Origin: Candidatus Saccharimonadota bacterium
Lineage (GTDB): Bacteria; Patescibacteriota; Saccharimonadia; UBA4664
Direction of reading: 5' to 3'
Assembly: GCA_019352195.1 (NCBI GenBank)
Contig: JACAFG010000005.1
Coordinates: 156,287 to 220,286, forward strand
Length of the DNA stretch: 64,000 bases
Part shown: positions 38,613-48,186 of the stretch, piece by piece
Layout of the letters: each line of letters opens with the position of its first letter
Position numbering within the stretch: position 1 is the stretch's first letter
The notes under the pieces: model-generated
What the model saw: the letters and a program-made list of their open reading frames with translations, nothing else
The model's database searches: none
Told to the model about the DNA's origin: nothing
Made by a program: the position numbers and the translations under genes

Positions 38613-39091
38613 TCATCAAAAGTCATGCTCCCGAAAACTACGATTGCCCTATTTGCTTGGGCCTACTAGGCAGTGCTAGTCAAAAGACGTTGATAAAAGC
38701 ATCAGATTTTGTCTATCGAGATGAGCTGGTGAGCGCGTTTATAAACACGTTTTTCATTGGCAAGAATGGCGGGCATGTAATCGTCGTGCCAAACGAGCAC
38801 TTCGAAAATATCTACACATTACCCGTCGCTCATGGCCATCGTATTTTTGATGTGGCCCAAATGATTGCCTTAGCAATGAAAGCAGCCTATGACTGCGACG
38901 GCATTACCACGCGCAACAATAACGAGCCTGCTGGTGACCAGCACGCATTTCATTATCATTTTCACGTTTTTCCGAGATATGTGGACGACGACTATAACTC
39001 AGTGTCACCGGCCGAAAAACGACTAACAGAGCCTGCTGAACGGGCCGGATATGCCGCTAAAATTAAAGCCGCGCTTGCAGCAGGAGAATAG
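38609..39091 (+). CDS. HIT-family (histidine triad) protein
   Basis: HYHFHVFPR triad; 4-nt overlap with HAD gene. Confidence 0.65.
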   Translation: MIIKSHAPENYDCPICLGLLGSASQKTLIKASDFVYRDELVSAFINTFFIGKNGGHVIVVPNEHFENIYTLPVAHGHRIFDVAQMIALAMKAAYDCDGITTRNNNEPAGDQHAFHYHFHVFPRYVDDDYNSVSPAEKRLTEPAERAGYAAKIKAALAAGE

Positions 39092-39137
39092 CTAGCTGCC
39101 CCGGTGGGCTCTCGCTGCTTTGTCCCCTTCACGAACA

Positions 39138-39175
39138 CATTTCGAACTTCGCCCCCCCCGGTGACGTATCAACAG
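39138..39175 (+). repeat. degenerate island repeat copy K
   Basis: CATTTCGAACTTCGCCCCCCCCGGTGACGTATCAACA; resembles copy F 5' half. Confidence 0.5.
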
Positions 39176-39454
39176 GAATGTAACTAACGTAACGCCCTCA
39201 TGAAGGCTCTGGGTTAGGTGGCGCAATCGTGGTTACGCATTGTGCTTTGATTCGGGAAACTCCTCAGGCCATACGTATTGCTGAGGAGTTATGGGTTGTC
39301 ATATCTTAGTCAGCGAAGATGGCATCAAACGCGTGATCAGACAAGCCGAAGTGTTTTTGGTAGTAGTAGCGAGTCGAAGCCGCCATGTCGGCCCTACGCT
39401 GCTTCTAATAGCAGTCACTAAATTCATCGTCACGGTAGCTGTTATTATTAACGT

Positions 39455-40027
39455 ATGACTACGCCAAACGCCATCATTGTACATGGTATGACGAGCCGGG
39501 ATGAATATTACGATGATGCTATGCCATCAATGAGTAATAATCACTGGGTACCGTGGTTGCAGAAGCAGCTACTGATTCGGGGAATAGCGACGGCTACTCC
39601 TGAAATGCCGTTAGCATATGCGCCAGATTACGAGGTGTGGCGGCGCGAGTTTGAACGCTATGAGATTGGACCCGAGACGATTTTGGTGGGTCACAGTTGT
39701 GGGGGTGGTTTTTTAGTGCCCTGGCTGAGCGAACATCAGGACAAGCGCGTCAAACAAGTTTTGCTGGTGGCACCCTGGCTTGATCCGTTTCGAGAAGATA
39801 CTACCGACTTCTTTGAGTTTGATATCGATCCCGGCCTCGCAACGCGTTCACCGACATGGTTGTTTCATTCAGATGACGATAGCGTGGGGGTCCAGACTAG
39901 CGTCACTACGATCCGCGTGGCCCTGAAGGACATTCGCGACGTGGGATTTCATGGGTATGGTCATTTTACCTTCAACGACCTTGGGACAACGGCGTTTCCG
40001 GAATTGTTATCCACCTTACGTAGTTAG
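39455..40027 (+). CDS. alpha/beta serine hydrolase, YdeN/RBBP9 family
   Basis: nucleophile elbow VGHSCGG; family size 190 aa. Confidence 0.6.
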   Translation: MTTPNAIIVHGMTSRDEYYDDAMPSMSNNHWVPWLQKQLLIRGIATATPEMPLAYAPDYEVWRREFERYEIGPETILVGHSCGGGFLVPWLSEHQDKRVKQVLLVAPWLDPFREDTTDFFEFDIDPGLATRSPTWLFHSDDDSVGVQTSVTTIRVALKDIRDVGFHGYGHFTFNDLGTTAFPELLSTLRS

Positions 40028-40144
40028 AAAACTGGGTAGGCTACCGGGTGCTTGAACGTGAGTCATCACGATAATTCCCCAATGGCACGGCGTATTTGGT
40101 AATAGCTAGATTTTTGACCGCGGGATTTTTTCATCTGGTAACGG

Positions 40145-41371
40145 TTACTTAGCGACGGGTTGGTTAAGGGTTAAGTAAAAGAAGTCTTTGTTATATCCGT
40201 GCAGATAAGCATAGCCACCATTTGCAAGCGTGTTTAATATGCTCTGATAGGAGTAGCTGCCATTACCGAGCGGCTGAAACGTGACGTACCGAACCCAGAA
40301 AGCGTTTATATCCAGTTGAATTGCTTCGGTAGCGCCCCCGGCTTTAAGGGCGCTTGCTAGGGTTGCTGCCGTGAGCGACGGGCCAACGGCGTAAATAAGA
40401 TTACCGTTAGGGGTTAATCCGACACCCGAGCGCCAGGTATAAATCGAGTTGGTCGTAGTTCTGCCCCAGACAGCATAACCTCCTGAGATAGCGTCAGACG
40501 TAACCGTGCCATTATCTAAGATCAGCGGTCCATTTTGTCGTATGGCCTCGATTGGCTTGGTTGATGATGCTGGCGTCTGGTATCTGTTAATCATCAGGCT
40601 GCCATCTTTGTAAATGGTCAGGGTGCCCAGGCCAGTTTGAAGCGGAACATAGGTCGTTGGTCCAACTACCATGCCGTAGTGGCCGTCTTTATATTGAAAA
40701 CCGCCGTTAAAGCCCGCGACGAGCTCATTGCTGGCAATATCTGAGGCCGGAATAAGCCCAGGTCCGGGATGGCCAAGAATTGCACCCGGGTGTTCGGTAC
40801 CGGCCACAGAATGCAGATGCAGCTGATGCGCGTTCATTTGCACAAGCGCAACGATGGCGTAGCTTCGTGCCGAGTCTGGCCTGACAAATGTCTTCGCCAT
40901 GAGAGACTGCCCTTTAAACTGTGGCAGTTCAACCAGACTCCAATTTCCTTCGCCGGGTAATTTGGCGAAATTCGGCTGAAAGTAATTCAAGGGCGCAAGA
41001 TTGAGGGCTTGTAGATTGGCGGTGGCGTCGACAGTTGGGCTTAAGGCTGCTGGATTTGGGAAAGTTGCTGGTTGAGATGGTCCCGTGCTGAAGATGTTGC
41101 TATTTGGTTTAGCGATAGTACCATACGCGAGCTGCTTGAGGTGGTCACTGAGCGAAAGCATCGATGCCTCGAGGGCAATCGTAGCCCGATTACCAATGGC
41201 GGGCCGAAGATAATTGTCGGCAAAGTTAGCTACCAATGATGGCTGAAACTCTATGGTGGCAAGCCCAATGAGTCCAACAGCTACCACAGCAACCATGCCG
41301 GTAAGAAGCTTGCGTAGAGTACGCTTCTTCCTGGGTCCATCTAACGTATATTTGGGTTTTGGTGAGAACAA
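40145..41371 (-). CDS. phosphodiester glycosidase-family (DUF2233/NAGPA-like) secreted protein
   Basis: N-terminal TM anchor; AGFNGGFQ and GVGLTPNGNLIYAVG regions. Confidence 0.5.
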   Translation of the reverse strand: MFSPKPKYTLDGPRKKRTLRKLLTGMVAVVAVGLIGLATIEFQPSLVANFADNYLRPAIGNRATIALEASMLSLSDHLKQLAYGTIAKPNSNIFSTGPSQPATFPNPAALSPTVDATANLQALNLAPLNYFQPNFAKLPGEGNWSLVELPQFKGQSLMAKTFVRPDSARSYAIVALVQMNAHQLHLHSVAGTEHPGAILGHPGPGLIPASDIASNELVAGFNGGFQYKDGHYGMVVGPTTYVPLQTGLGTLTIYKDGSLMINRYQTPASSTKPIEAIRQNGPLILDNGTVTSDAISGGYAVWGRTTTNSIYTWRSGVGLTPNGNLIYAVGPSLTAATLASALKAGGATEAIQLDINAFWVRYVTFQPLGNGSYSYQSILNTLANGGYAYLHGYNKDFFYLTLNQPVAK

Positions 41372-41623
41372 ACTAGCTGGATTCCGTTTCCTAGAACGTA
41401 CGCTCTATGTAATAAAATTGATAATGGCCGGGCTACGTCTATGATACCAGAGTAAGCGAACGTTGCTCGCTTTGGAAGTCGCTGACTGTCGCTCCATTGA
41501 CGGTGCTTTCACGGCTCTCTGGGTTTGCCACGGGAGCCCACGCTGCTCAAATTGTCAGTTGAGCCAGCCGCCTTCTCGGGCTTAACTCCTTGCCCAGGCT
41601 TGTCTCCGAGACGTAGACGAGCG

Positions 41624-42010
41624 CTACCGGTTGGTGGATGAGCCGGCGCGTCTTCGCAAGCTTCGCGCCATGAGTAACAGGAGAATCAGGGCGTGAATAG
41701 CAACAGCGGCTGCGATGCTGAGCAGCACGATTGTGGTGGCGCCCTGATAGTGCAGAAGGGTCAGAATGTAGCTAAATAGGACGATGCCAAGCAAGCGGAG
41801 GATAAATCCGATTCGGTTGGATCGGAGCTCACGCCAATTGATGCGCGCGACATAGACGTAGAAGATCCAAATATGGATGAGCAGGAGGGCCCCAATGTAA
41901 AGAAGCGTTGGGATGATGAGTTTGTAGTGGATGAGCGGGACCAGGACAATCGTAGTTCCAAGTAAGGTTGCGAGCTTGCCGACAAACAAGCGGGGCTGGT
42001 TGATTTGCAT
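41624..42010 (-). CDS. small polytopic membrane protein
   Basis: 4 predicted hydrophobic helices; downstream of cytochrome b gene. Confidence 0.45.
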   Translation of the reverse strand: MQINQPRLFVGKLATLLGTTIVLVPLIHYKLIIPTLLYIGALLLIHIWIFYVYVARINWRELRSNRIGFILRLLGIVLFSYILTLLHYQGATTIVLLSIAAAVAIHALILLLLMARSLRRRAGSSTNR

Positions 42011-42019
42011 CTTGCGCTG

Positions 42020-43492
42020 CTACCGCGTGGGTGGTTTGCGCCAGATGAGCTTATAGAGACCGAGTTTTTCGGGTAGGCGGTTAACGAAGGGAATGAACGG
42101 GAACGCCAGGAGCAGGAGGATAAAGGTCCCGATGATGATGGCAGCGTCACGGTCGCCGTTGTCGTCACTGGCGAGGACCGTGTGGTTCAACAATCCGATG
42201 GGGGCAAGCCACCACGCGCCCGGGGGAATGCTGCCTGATTCTTCACGAACCATGCCGTATTGGTCAGTCGTCATTTTGAGACTGGTGGCAGTGTCGTCGG
42301 GCACGCCCGTATCGGCGAGGAAGCGAGTAACATAGGTGGTCTCGTAACCGGAGCCGTTGTTGTTGCGCAGAGCTGCCTCGTACAGACCACTGCCTGCCAT
42401 CGTCGTGAGCTTATCGACCACCGCAACCACGGGGTTAGCTTTCGGGGTGGCGGGTTTTGGGTCCGCGGCGTAATAGTCGGTGGCGGCTTTGAGCTGGGCA
42501 TCTTGGATCGCGGTTGGCTCAGCGTTGAAAACGTCCATCTGATTGGTACCGACTTGGACCGCGAGGAGTTGGTGATACGGGGTTTCAATATACACTTGGC
42601 GTGAATCAAAGGTGTAAGGGTTAATGTTATCGAGATAGGTGGCAGTATCGGATGAGTGGTCGAACTCTTTGGTTAGGGTTTGCGAGATGAGGGCCGGGTC
42701 GTCGGCGGCAATTTTGCTGATGGTGAGCGGGGCGAGATAGGGCGACGGATACATATACGCGAGAGCTGCCACGGCCAGGACCACGGTGCCGCCGCGCCAC
42801 GCCAGTAAGGTGTGGTTGGCTTTAACAACTGGGTAGTTATCGGCCAGTTTGGCCGGCTTGCCGATGCCAAGCACCCGCACCAGAAAGTAATGACCCAGGA
42901 TTAAGGCGATGAGCAGGAGCGGGATTACCACCACGTGAATACCCATGACCTGGCCCGTGTTGAGGTTATTGAGAACCCAACCAATGCCGCTGCCGTTGTA
43001 GAGGTCGGCGCCTTGGAGGCTACGGTATTGGGACGAGAAGTCGCCGCGGAGCACATAGCCGAATTCAGCTTCAGCTAGGGCGAACAGGAACATGAACACC
43101 CCTAGTACCCAGGTTAGCTTGCGGCCGCCGCGGAAGCCGGAGGTGAGGAAGACGATGGTCAGGTGAAGCAATATGAACACGACGAAGGCTTGAGTGGCCC
43201 AGAGGTGGAAGCTGCGCGTATATTGGCCGACGGTACTGGTGATCCACCAGTGGGGCCCAGCTGCAGCCATAATGGTGCCAGTAACTAGCAGGAGCAAAAA
43301 CGAGACAGCCGAGAGAAAGCCGAGCGAGTAGAAGAATTTGTTGGCAAACGACGGCACGTCGCGGATCATGAGGTTTTGGAGGCCGTTGCGTATCAGTTGG
43401 AACGGGGGCTGTGATTGAGCCATTAGTGTTATCTCTTTGGCAGTGGACGAGGGGCCATCGCTTCGCCGTGTAGTGTTACTTGGCGTCATCAT
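42020..43492 (-). CDS. di-haem cytochrome b (b6-like) fused to a ~260-aa extracytoplasmic C-terminal domain
   Basis: His pairs spaced 14 and 15 residues apart in helices (SFHLW..ILLHL; GIHVVV..LGHYF), b6-type spacing; possible start at internal Met 43423. Confidence 0.55.
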   Translation of the reverse strand: MMTPSNTTRRSDGPSSTAKEITLMAQSQPPFQLIRNGLQNLMIRDVPSFANKFFYSLGFLSAVSFLLLLVTGTIMAAAGPHWWITSTVGQYTRSFHLWATQAFVVFILLHLTIVFLTSGFRGGRKLTWVLGVFMFLFALAEAEFGYVLRGDFSSQYRSLQGADLYNGSGIGWVLNNLNTGQVMGIHVVVIPLLLIALILGHYFLVRVLGIGKPAKLADNYPVVKANHTLLAWRGGTVVLAVAALAYMYPSPYLAPLTISKIAADDPALISQTLTKEFDHSSDTATYLDNINPYTFDSRQVYIETPYHQLLAVQVGTNQMDVFNAEPTAIQDAQLKAATDYYAADPKPATPKANPVVAVVDKLTTMAGSGLYEAALRNNNGSGYETTYVTRFLADTGVPDDTATSLKMTTDQYGMVREESGSIPPGAWWLAPIGLLNHTVLASDDNGDRDAAIIIGTFILLLLAFPFIPFVNRLPEKLGLYKLIWRKPPTR

Positions 43493-43711
43493 ACCACTTA
43501 TGCTTCGATTATCAGTGTGAGTTACGTCACAGTGTCCATAGATGTACCGGCACGGAGCTAGATAGAATCTATCGCCTTCATAGTTAGAGACGGCATTTTG
43601 TATCTTTAAAAAGAGTTTATGATGTCAAGATTGCAGTGCGAGGCTTGATATCGACCTGGAGTATTTACTAAATCAATTGGCCATAGGTCCGGTCCAATAG
43701 TTCATGACTAT

Positions 43712-43760
43712 GGTTCGAACGGCGCCTACGGTGGTGTACTCATGTACTTTTGAGTGTACC
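43712..43760 (+). repeat. island repeat copy L (last); partial copy at 43487-43515
   Basis: GGTTCGAACGGCGCCTACGGTGGTGTACTCATGTACTTTTGAGTGTA; 43487-43515 CATCATACCACTTATGCTTCGATTATC. Confidence 0.75.
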
Positions 43761-43897
43761 GTGCCAGTGATTGGAGAAGGTAGCATAAGAGCCGCCTACT
43801 GGCGACACTTATCCGAGTTTGCCAACTAAGACATTGCCATTAATTGGCTTATGAAACAAATTTCCGCTTCGGCTCAGTCCGGCGGGCGTGAGGCAGA

Positions 43898-44335
43898 CTA
43901 GAGCTTCACCTTCCTTGTGGGTAGCTCGGCGGCTAAGGTCTGCTCTATTACTCCGGCAAAGGTTATGGCGGCGGTGTTATTCACCTTGTTGATCTCGATA
44001 TCGCCAATGTGAGTGTGCAGCGTCACGCTTGAGAATAAGCCGTAGGTCACGAGGCGCACGCCAGTGATGATGGCGTACGAGAACTCCTCACTATCGGTAA
44101 TCATGGGGCGATGGCCAACCATGATAAGACGATGATTGGTGGCGACGAGGATGGTTCGGGCTTTGCCGTGGAAACCGCCAATGGCGGCAATGAGTTGCTC
44201 ATTGCCATTCAGATCGCGGGTGATGATGCGGGCTGCCTGATGCATGCGCCACATGCCCGTAACGCCCAAGTCGCCCAGTCGGGCGATCATACGCTCTTCG
44301 TCGTTGGCTGCCATGTGAGTTGCAGAGTGAAGCAT
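43898..44335 (-). CDS. bacterial PH (bPH_2/YokE-like) domain protein
   Basis: start at ATG 44333-44335; pattern consistent with bPH_2. Confidence 0.4.
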   Translation of the reverse strand: MLHSATHMAANDEERMIARLGDLGVTGMWRMHQAARIITRDLNGNEQLIAAIGGFHGKARTILVATNHRLIMVGHRPMITDSEEFSYAIITGVRLVTYGLFSSVTLHTHIGDIEINKVNNTAAITFAGVIEQTLAAELPTRKVKL

Positions 44336-44568
44336 TAGCTTATCCTCCCAAGGGTTGAAGTGGCGAAGGAGCGCTGATGGATGTTTGCCAGGCGGCTTAA
44401 TTCTTTGAGGCAGCGCTCGTATTTGTCGCGACCAATGTCGTTGACAGGTGCACGGCGATGATAGGCCGACCATGACCCGAGCAGGATTTGCTCGTAAACG
44501 TCGATACAAGCAATATCGACGGGTTTGTCCGCATTTAATTGAGGAAGATTGGATTTAGTCTGCGCCAT
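44335..44568 (-). CDS. small hypothetical protein coupled to bPH gene
   Basis: stop overlaps downstream start by 1 nt. Confidence 0.4.
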   Translation of the reverse strand: MAQTKSNLPQLNADKPVDIACIDVYEQILLGSWSAYHRRAPVNDIGRDKYERCLKELSRLANIHQRSFATSTLGRIS

Positions 44569-44675
44569 GGCTGGTCCTCCTAGCTACAGTTTCATCCTAG
44601 ATAGCGGGACGGGATTTGACTATCAGGTTGGTCAATTAACGCGCGTGATACGTGTCACAACGGGTAGAGACTTCG

Positions 44676-45323
44676 CTACAGATCGCGACCGAGGGTGGTT
44701 TCGAGTTCGGTTAAATTTGGTACGAGGAGAATTTTATTGTTGAGTTCAATGATACCGCTGGCGCGCAGTTTCACCATTTCCCGGCTGACAGTTTCGCGGC
44801 TCAGCCCCGAGCGGGCAGCAATATCAGACTCAGTCAGATTCATAACGAAGCCATCACCTGACGGCTCACCGAAGCGGCGGCACTCGATAATGAGTTCATA
44901 TATGACTCGGCTTTTGGCGGAGCTGGCCATAAGGTGAGCCATACGTTGCAGGACGCCGTCGGTGCCGCTATAGACGCGCGCGAGTAAGTTAAAGAGCACA
45001 TCGGGATTAGCCTTGATGAAGTCTAAGACCTGCTCGACGGGAGCTTTATGAAGCATAATGTTGTCTTCGGCTTCAAAAAAATAGAGATTTGGGGTGCGGT
45101 TAATGACATATGACATGGGGAAAAAGGCGCCGGTTTTGAAGATATTAAGAACGACTTCGTCACCGCGATACGTGAGGTCATACATCTTAACTCGTCCCGA
45201 TGTCAGGTAGTGGACACCATCGGGATCATCGCCAGCGTGAATGAGAATCTGGCCTTTTTTGTAGTCGCGGGTTGGAAATTGACCGAAAAAATCATTAACT
45301 TTAGCTGTTACTGCCGTGTCCAT
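44676..45323 (-). CDS. Crp/Fnr-family transcriptional regulator
   Basis: cNMP-binding beta-roll plus C-terminal HTH (ESDIAARSGLSRETVSREMVKL); GGGAGGA SD before ATG at 45323. Confidence 0.75.
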   Translation of the reverse strand: MDTAVTAKVNDFFGQFPTRDYKKGQILIHAGDDPDGVHYLTSGRVKMYDLTYRGDEVVLNIFKTGAFFPMSYVINRTPNLYFFEAEDNIMLHKAPVEQVLDFIKANPDVLFNLLARVYSGTDGVLQRMAHLMASSAKSRVIYELIIECRRFGEPSGDGFVMNLTESDIAARSGLSRETVSREMVKLRASGIIELNNKILLVPNLTELETTLGRDL

Positions 45324-45615
45324 TGGTCCTCCCGTGTCCCTCGAGTGTATAGGTTCTAGGGCGGCATTGATACTGGCTGAAGCCAAAAGTGCTCTCTGGT
45401 AGCGGTCCACTAACGGCTTGGCACCAGCCGGCGCCGTCTCACGGTAATCCCATCTGCTATACGGTAGGATGGCATCATTAAAGAACTCACCTGTTTAGGA
45501 TCCTCTACCGTATGTTTACTCCGCTCGTCCGAACCAACCCATTAGTACACAACTTCTCAGATATGGCTCAGACTGACATAAGCTTGTTATCAGCGCGTTG
45601 CGGTAAGGTAGCAGC

Positions 45616-46653
45616 ATGATTAACCGATATTCTTATAAGGTCAAAACGTCTATGGCCGTGTCGCGCGGCGTTAATGTAGTGCGGCTGGCTCCAACTTCGG
45701 GCAACGCCCTGACTGCTTTTGAGCCTGGTCAATATGTGGCTGTGAGCTATTACCGTTCGGGGCGACCTTCACCGGTACGCTGTTTTTCGCTGCTTAGTGT
45801 TGCTAACGCACGCGGCGAGCTGGAGCTTGGTATGCGTACAGGCGGTTTGTTTACGACCGCGTTTACGAAGCTCGCTCCCGGCGACATGGTGAGTGTACAA
45901 GGCCCATTTGGTAGCTTTACGGCCGAGAGGAATGATCCGTCGCCCATCGTTATGTTTGCCGGCGGCATCGGTATTACACCCTTTATCAGCATGATCCGTT
46001 CAGCGGCTGCGGCTGGCTTCCCGACTCCGATGCGTCTTATTTATAGCTTTAACGTCATCGACGCCGTGCCATTCCTCGATGAACTGACCGCCTACGCGGC
46101 GGACTCGGATAAGTTCCGCTTCCGCGTTTACGGTGGGCCGGCGGCGAGCCAGTTCGCGAACAGTAATGTGAGTTCGGAACGGATGGCTCCGCTGATCGTG
46201 CAGCAATTGGCTACCAATATTACCTCGGGGAGGTTTTTCTTGTGTGGTCCGGCCGGTTTTATGTCGACATACGGCAAAACCCTGCGTAAAGCCGGGATTA
46301 GCTCGGACGCCATAATAACCGAATCGTTTATGGCGATTGCGCCGGGTTCGCCGAAGAAGCGGTTTGGCATGCTGCCAATGGCGTACGCGCTTACGGCCAT
46401 GGCAATTGTGCTGGGAACGCTCACCATTAGCGGCGTCGATCTGGTTCGGTATTTGCCCGCGCACGCGGAGTCGAGCGCCCCGAGTGCCCCTTTATCTGCG
46501 CCGTCAGATTCGACGTCGGCCGTGGATACAACGAGTAATGAGACCGTGCCGGTGAGTACGGCTACGCCAACGGTATCTTCATCTTCAATAAGCTCTAGTT
46601 CGTCATCAAATTATTCAAGCTACTACCAAGCGCCCCGCAGCTCGGTGTCGTAA
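45616..46653 (+). CDS. FNR-type FAD/NAD(P)-binding oxidoreductase with C-terminal TM and Ser/Thr-rich tail
   Basis: RxxS FAD motif (RCFSL), GGIGITPF NAD motif. Confidence 0.65.
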   Translation: MINRYSYKVKTSMAVSRGVNVVRLAPTSGNALTAFEPGQYVAVSYYRSGRPSPVRCFSLLSVANARGELELGMRTGGLFTTAFTKLAPGDMVSVQGPFGSFTAERNDPSPIVMFAGGIGITPFISMIRSAAAAGFPTPMRLIYSFNVIDAVPFLDELTAYAADSDKFRFRVYGGPAASQFANSNVSSERMAPLIVQQLATNITSGRFFLCGPAGFMSTYGKTLRKAGISSDAIITESFMAIAPGSPKKRFGMLPMAYALTAMAIVLGTLTISGVDLVRYLPAHAESSAPSAPLSAPSDSTSAVDTTSNETVPVSTATPTVSSSSISSSSSSNYSSYYQAPRSSVS

Positions 46654-46654
46654 C

Positions 46655-47581
46655 ATGCACCATTTTCAGCAAGCGCGGCAGGCTCTTGGCTCAGAGGTAA
46701 TTCTGACCATTTTGACAGCGCGCCGTGACGCGCAGCTTGATAGCATGTTTGACGGGCTCTGGAATCACTTAGAAGGTTTTGAAGAGCGTTTTAGCAGATT
46801 TCGGACTACCAGCGAAACCACGCGTGTCAATGTGGGGGCAGGCAGTTGGGTTGAGGTGTCGCCGGAGTTCATGGAAATGCTGCGGCTATGCACCTACTGG
46901 AATCAAAAGACGGCCGGGTTATTTAACCCGCTCGTTTTGCCGCAGCTGCAGCGAGCAGGTTACGTTGGTTCCTGGCCCGACGCTGCGACGGTTACTCCTC
47001 AGCTTGATTACCGGCAGCGTAACGTAGCAGCTTGGACTGAAATCGAAACTCACGGCTCGCGGGTGCGACTTCCCAAATCGAGCGCGCTTGATTTGGGCGG
47101 CATTGGTAAGGGTCTCGCGTTAGATCAGCTGGCAGCTGTCGTGGCTTCAGTCTACCCTGACTTTTGCCTGTCATTGGGCGGCGACATCGTGTGCGGTGGG
47201 CGGGGCTTGACTGGTGCTTGGGAAATCGAGGTGATGCGGGCCTCAAATACCGACGAAGCCGCCGCCGTCTACCAGCCAGCGGGCGACGAAATTTTTGCTC
47301 TCGCTACTTCTGGGGTGACGAATCGCCAAGGCATTACCAATGGACAGCCCTGGCATCATATTATCGATCCGCGTACCGGCATGAGCAGTAAGTCGAACGT
47401 CCTGACAGCTAGTGTCGTGGCCGAGACGGGGATAGCGGCTGACATTTTGGCCAAATGCGTGGTTATTACGGGGTCCAAGAATGCCGAGATGTTGTTGACC
47501 CAGCTTGCTGCCTCGGCGTGGCTGCTTCAAACTGAGGATGAAGCACTTATTATTCAAAACGGAGGATTTCGCATATGTTGA
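46655..47581 (+). CDS. apbE: FAD:protein FMN transferase (ApbE family)
   Basis: ..ALDLGGIGKGLALDQ.. and C-terminal ApbE motifs. Confidence 0.75.
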   Translation: MHHFQQARQALGSEVILTILTARRDAQLDSMFDGLWNHLEGFEERFSRFRTTSETTRVNVGAGSWVEVSPEFMEMLRLCTYWNQKTAGLFNPLVLPQLQRAGYVGSWPDAATVTPQLDYRQRNVAAWTEIETHGSRVRLPKSSALDLGGIGKGLALDQLAAVVASVYPDFCLSLGGDIVCGGRGLTGAWEIEVMRASNTDEAAAVYQPAGDEIFALATSGVTNRQGITNGQPWHHIIDPRTGMSSKSNVLTASVVAETGIAADILAKCVVITGSKNAEMLLTQLAASAWLLQTEDEALIIQNGGFRIC

Positions 47582-48186
47582 CGTTGTTTGCTGCCACCAG
47601 TGTTGCAACCAGAGTAGCGCAGGCTTGGCCATGGTATGTGGTGCGGGCGGCGGGCTTTATTGCGGTTGGCTTGTTGATTTTATTGATTATTTCGGGCATC
47701 GCTCAGGTGACGGGTTTGATGTATCGCTTTTTTGAGCCGGTTAAGGCATGGGCTATCCACAAAGCGCTTGGCTACGCTTTGGCGTTGGCCGTAATGGTGC
47801 ACGTCGGGTTTTTGCTCATCGACACGTATCTTCCCTTCTCCTTATCTCAAGCCCTGATTCCGTTTGTATCGGGTTACAAACCCGTTTCAATTGCTGGAGT
47901 ACAGGTATCGCTGTGGGTGGCGGCCGGGATTGTTGGACTCTATGGACTCGCTATAATTCTCGTGACTTCTTGGCTATTGATTGACCGCCAGCGCAAACTT
48001 TGGAAGGGTTTTCACTACCTCAGTTACGCGGTAATGGCACTTATATTTGTCCACGCGCTCTATCTTGGTAGCGACCTGCGCTACGGCACGTTTCGGTCGG
48101 CCTGGCTCGCAATTGGCGGCCTTATCATACTAGCGATTGGGACGAGGCTGTGGCGGGCGGGGCTGCTAAAGCATCGCAGCTCGTGA
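47575..48186 (+). CDS. ferric-reductase-like transmembrane (haem-binding) domain protein
   Basis: 6 TM with paired His (..MVHVGF.. ..FVHALY..). Confidence 0.55.
   Translation: MLTLFAATSVATRVAQAWPWYVVRAAGFIAVGLLILLIISGIAQVTGLMYRFFEPVKAWAIHKALGYALALAVMVHVGFLLIDTYLPFSLSQALIPFVSGYKPVSIAGVQVSLWVAAGIVGLYGLAIILVTSWLLIDRQRKLWKGFHYLSYAVMALIFVHALYLGSDLRYGTFRSAWLAIGGLIILAIGTRLWRAGLLKHRSS

Noticed and set aside
28305-43760. Repeat series interpreted as a CRISPR array
   Set aside because: Repeats are 0.6-4 kb apart, degenerate, and separated by full protein-coding genes rather than 30-40-bp spacers; no cas genes.
28305-43760. Repeat series interpreted as classical integron attC sites
   Set aside because: No R''-L''/L'-R' inverted core pairs with GTTRRRY; cassettes are in mixed orientation; no intI or attI in the window. 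'Integron-like' is kept only as an analogy.
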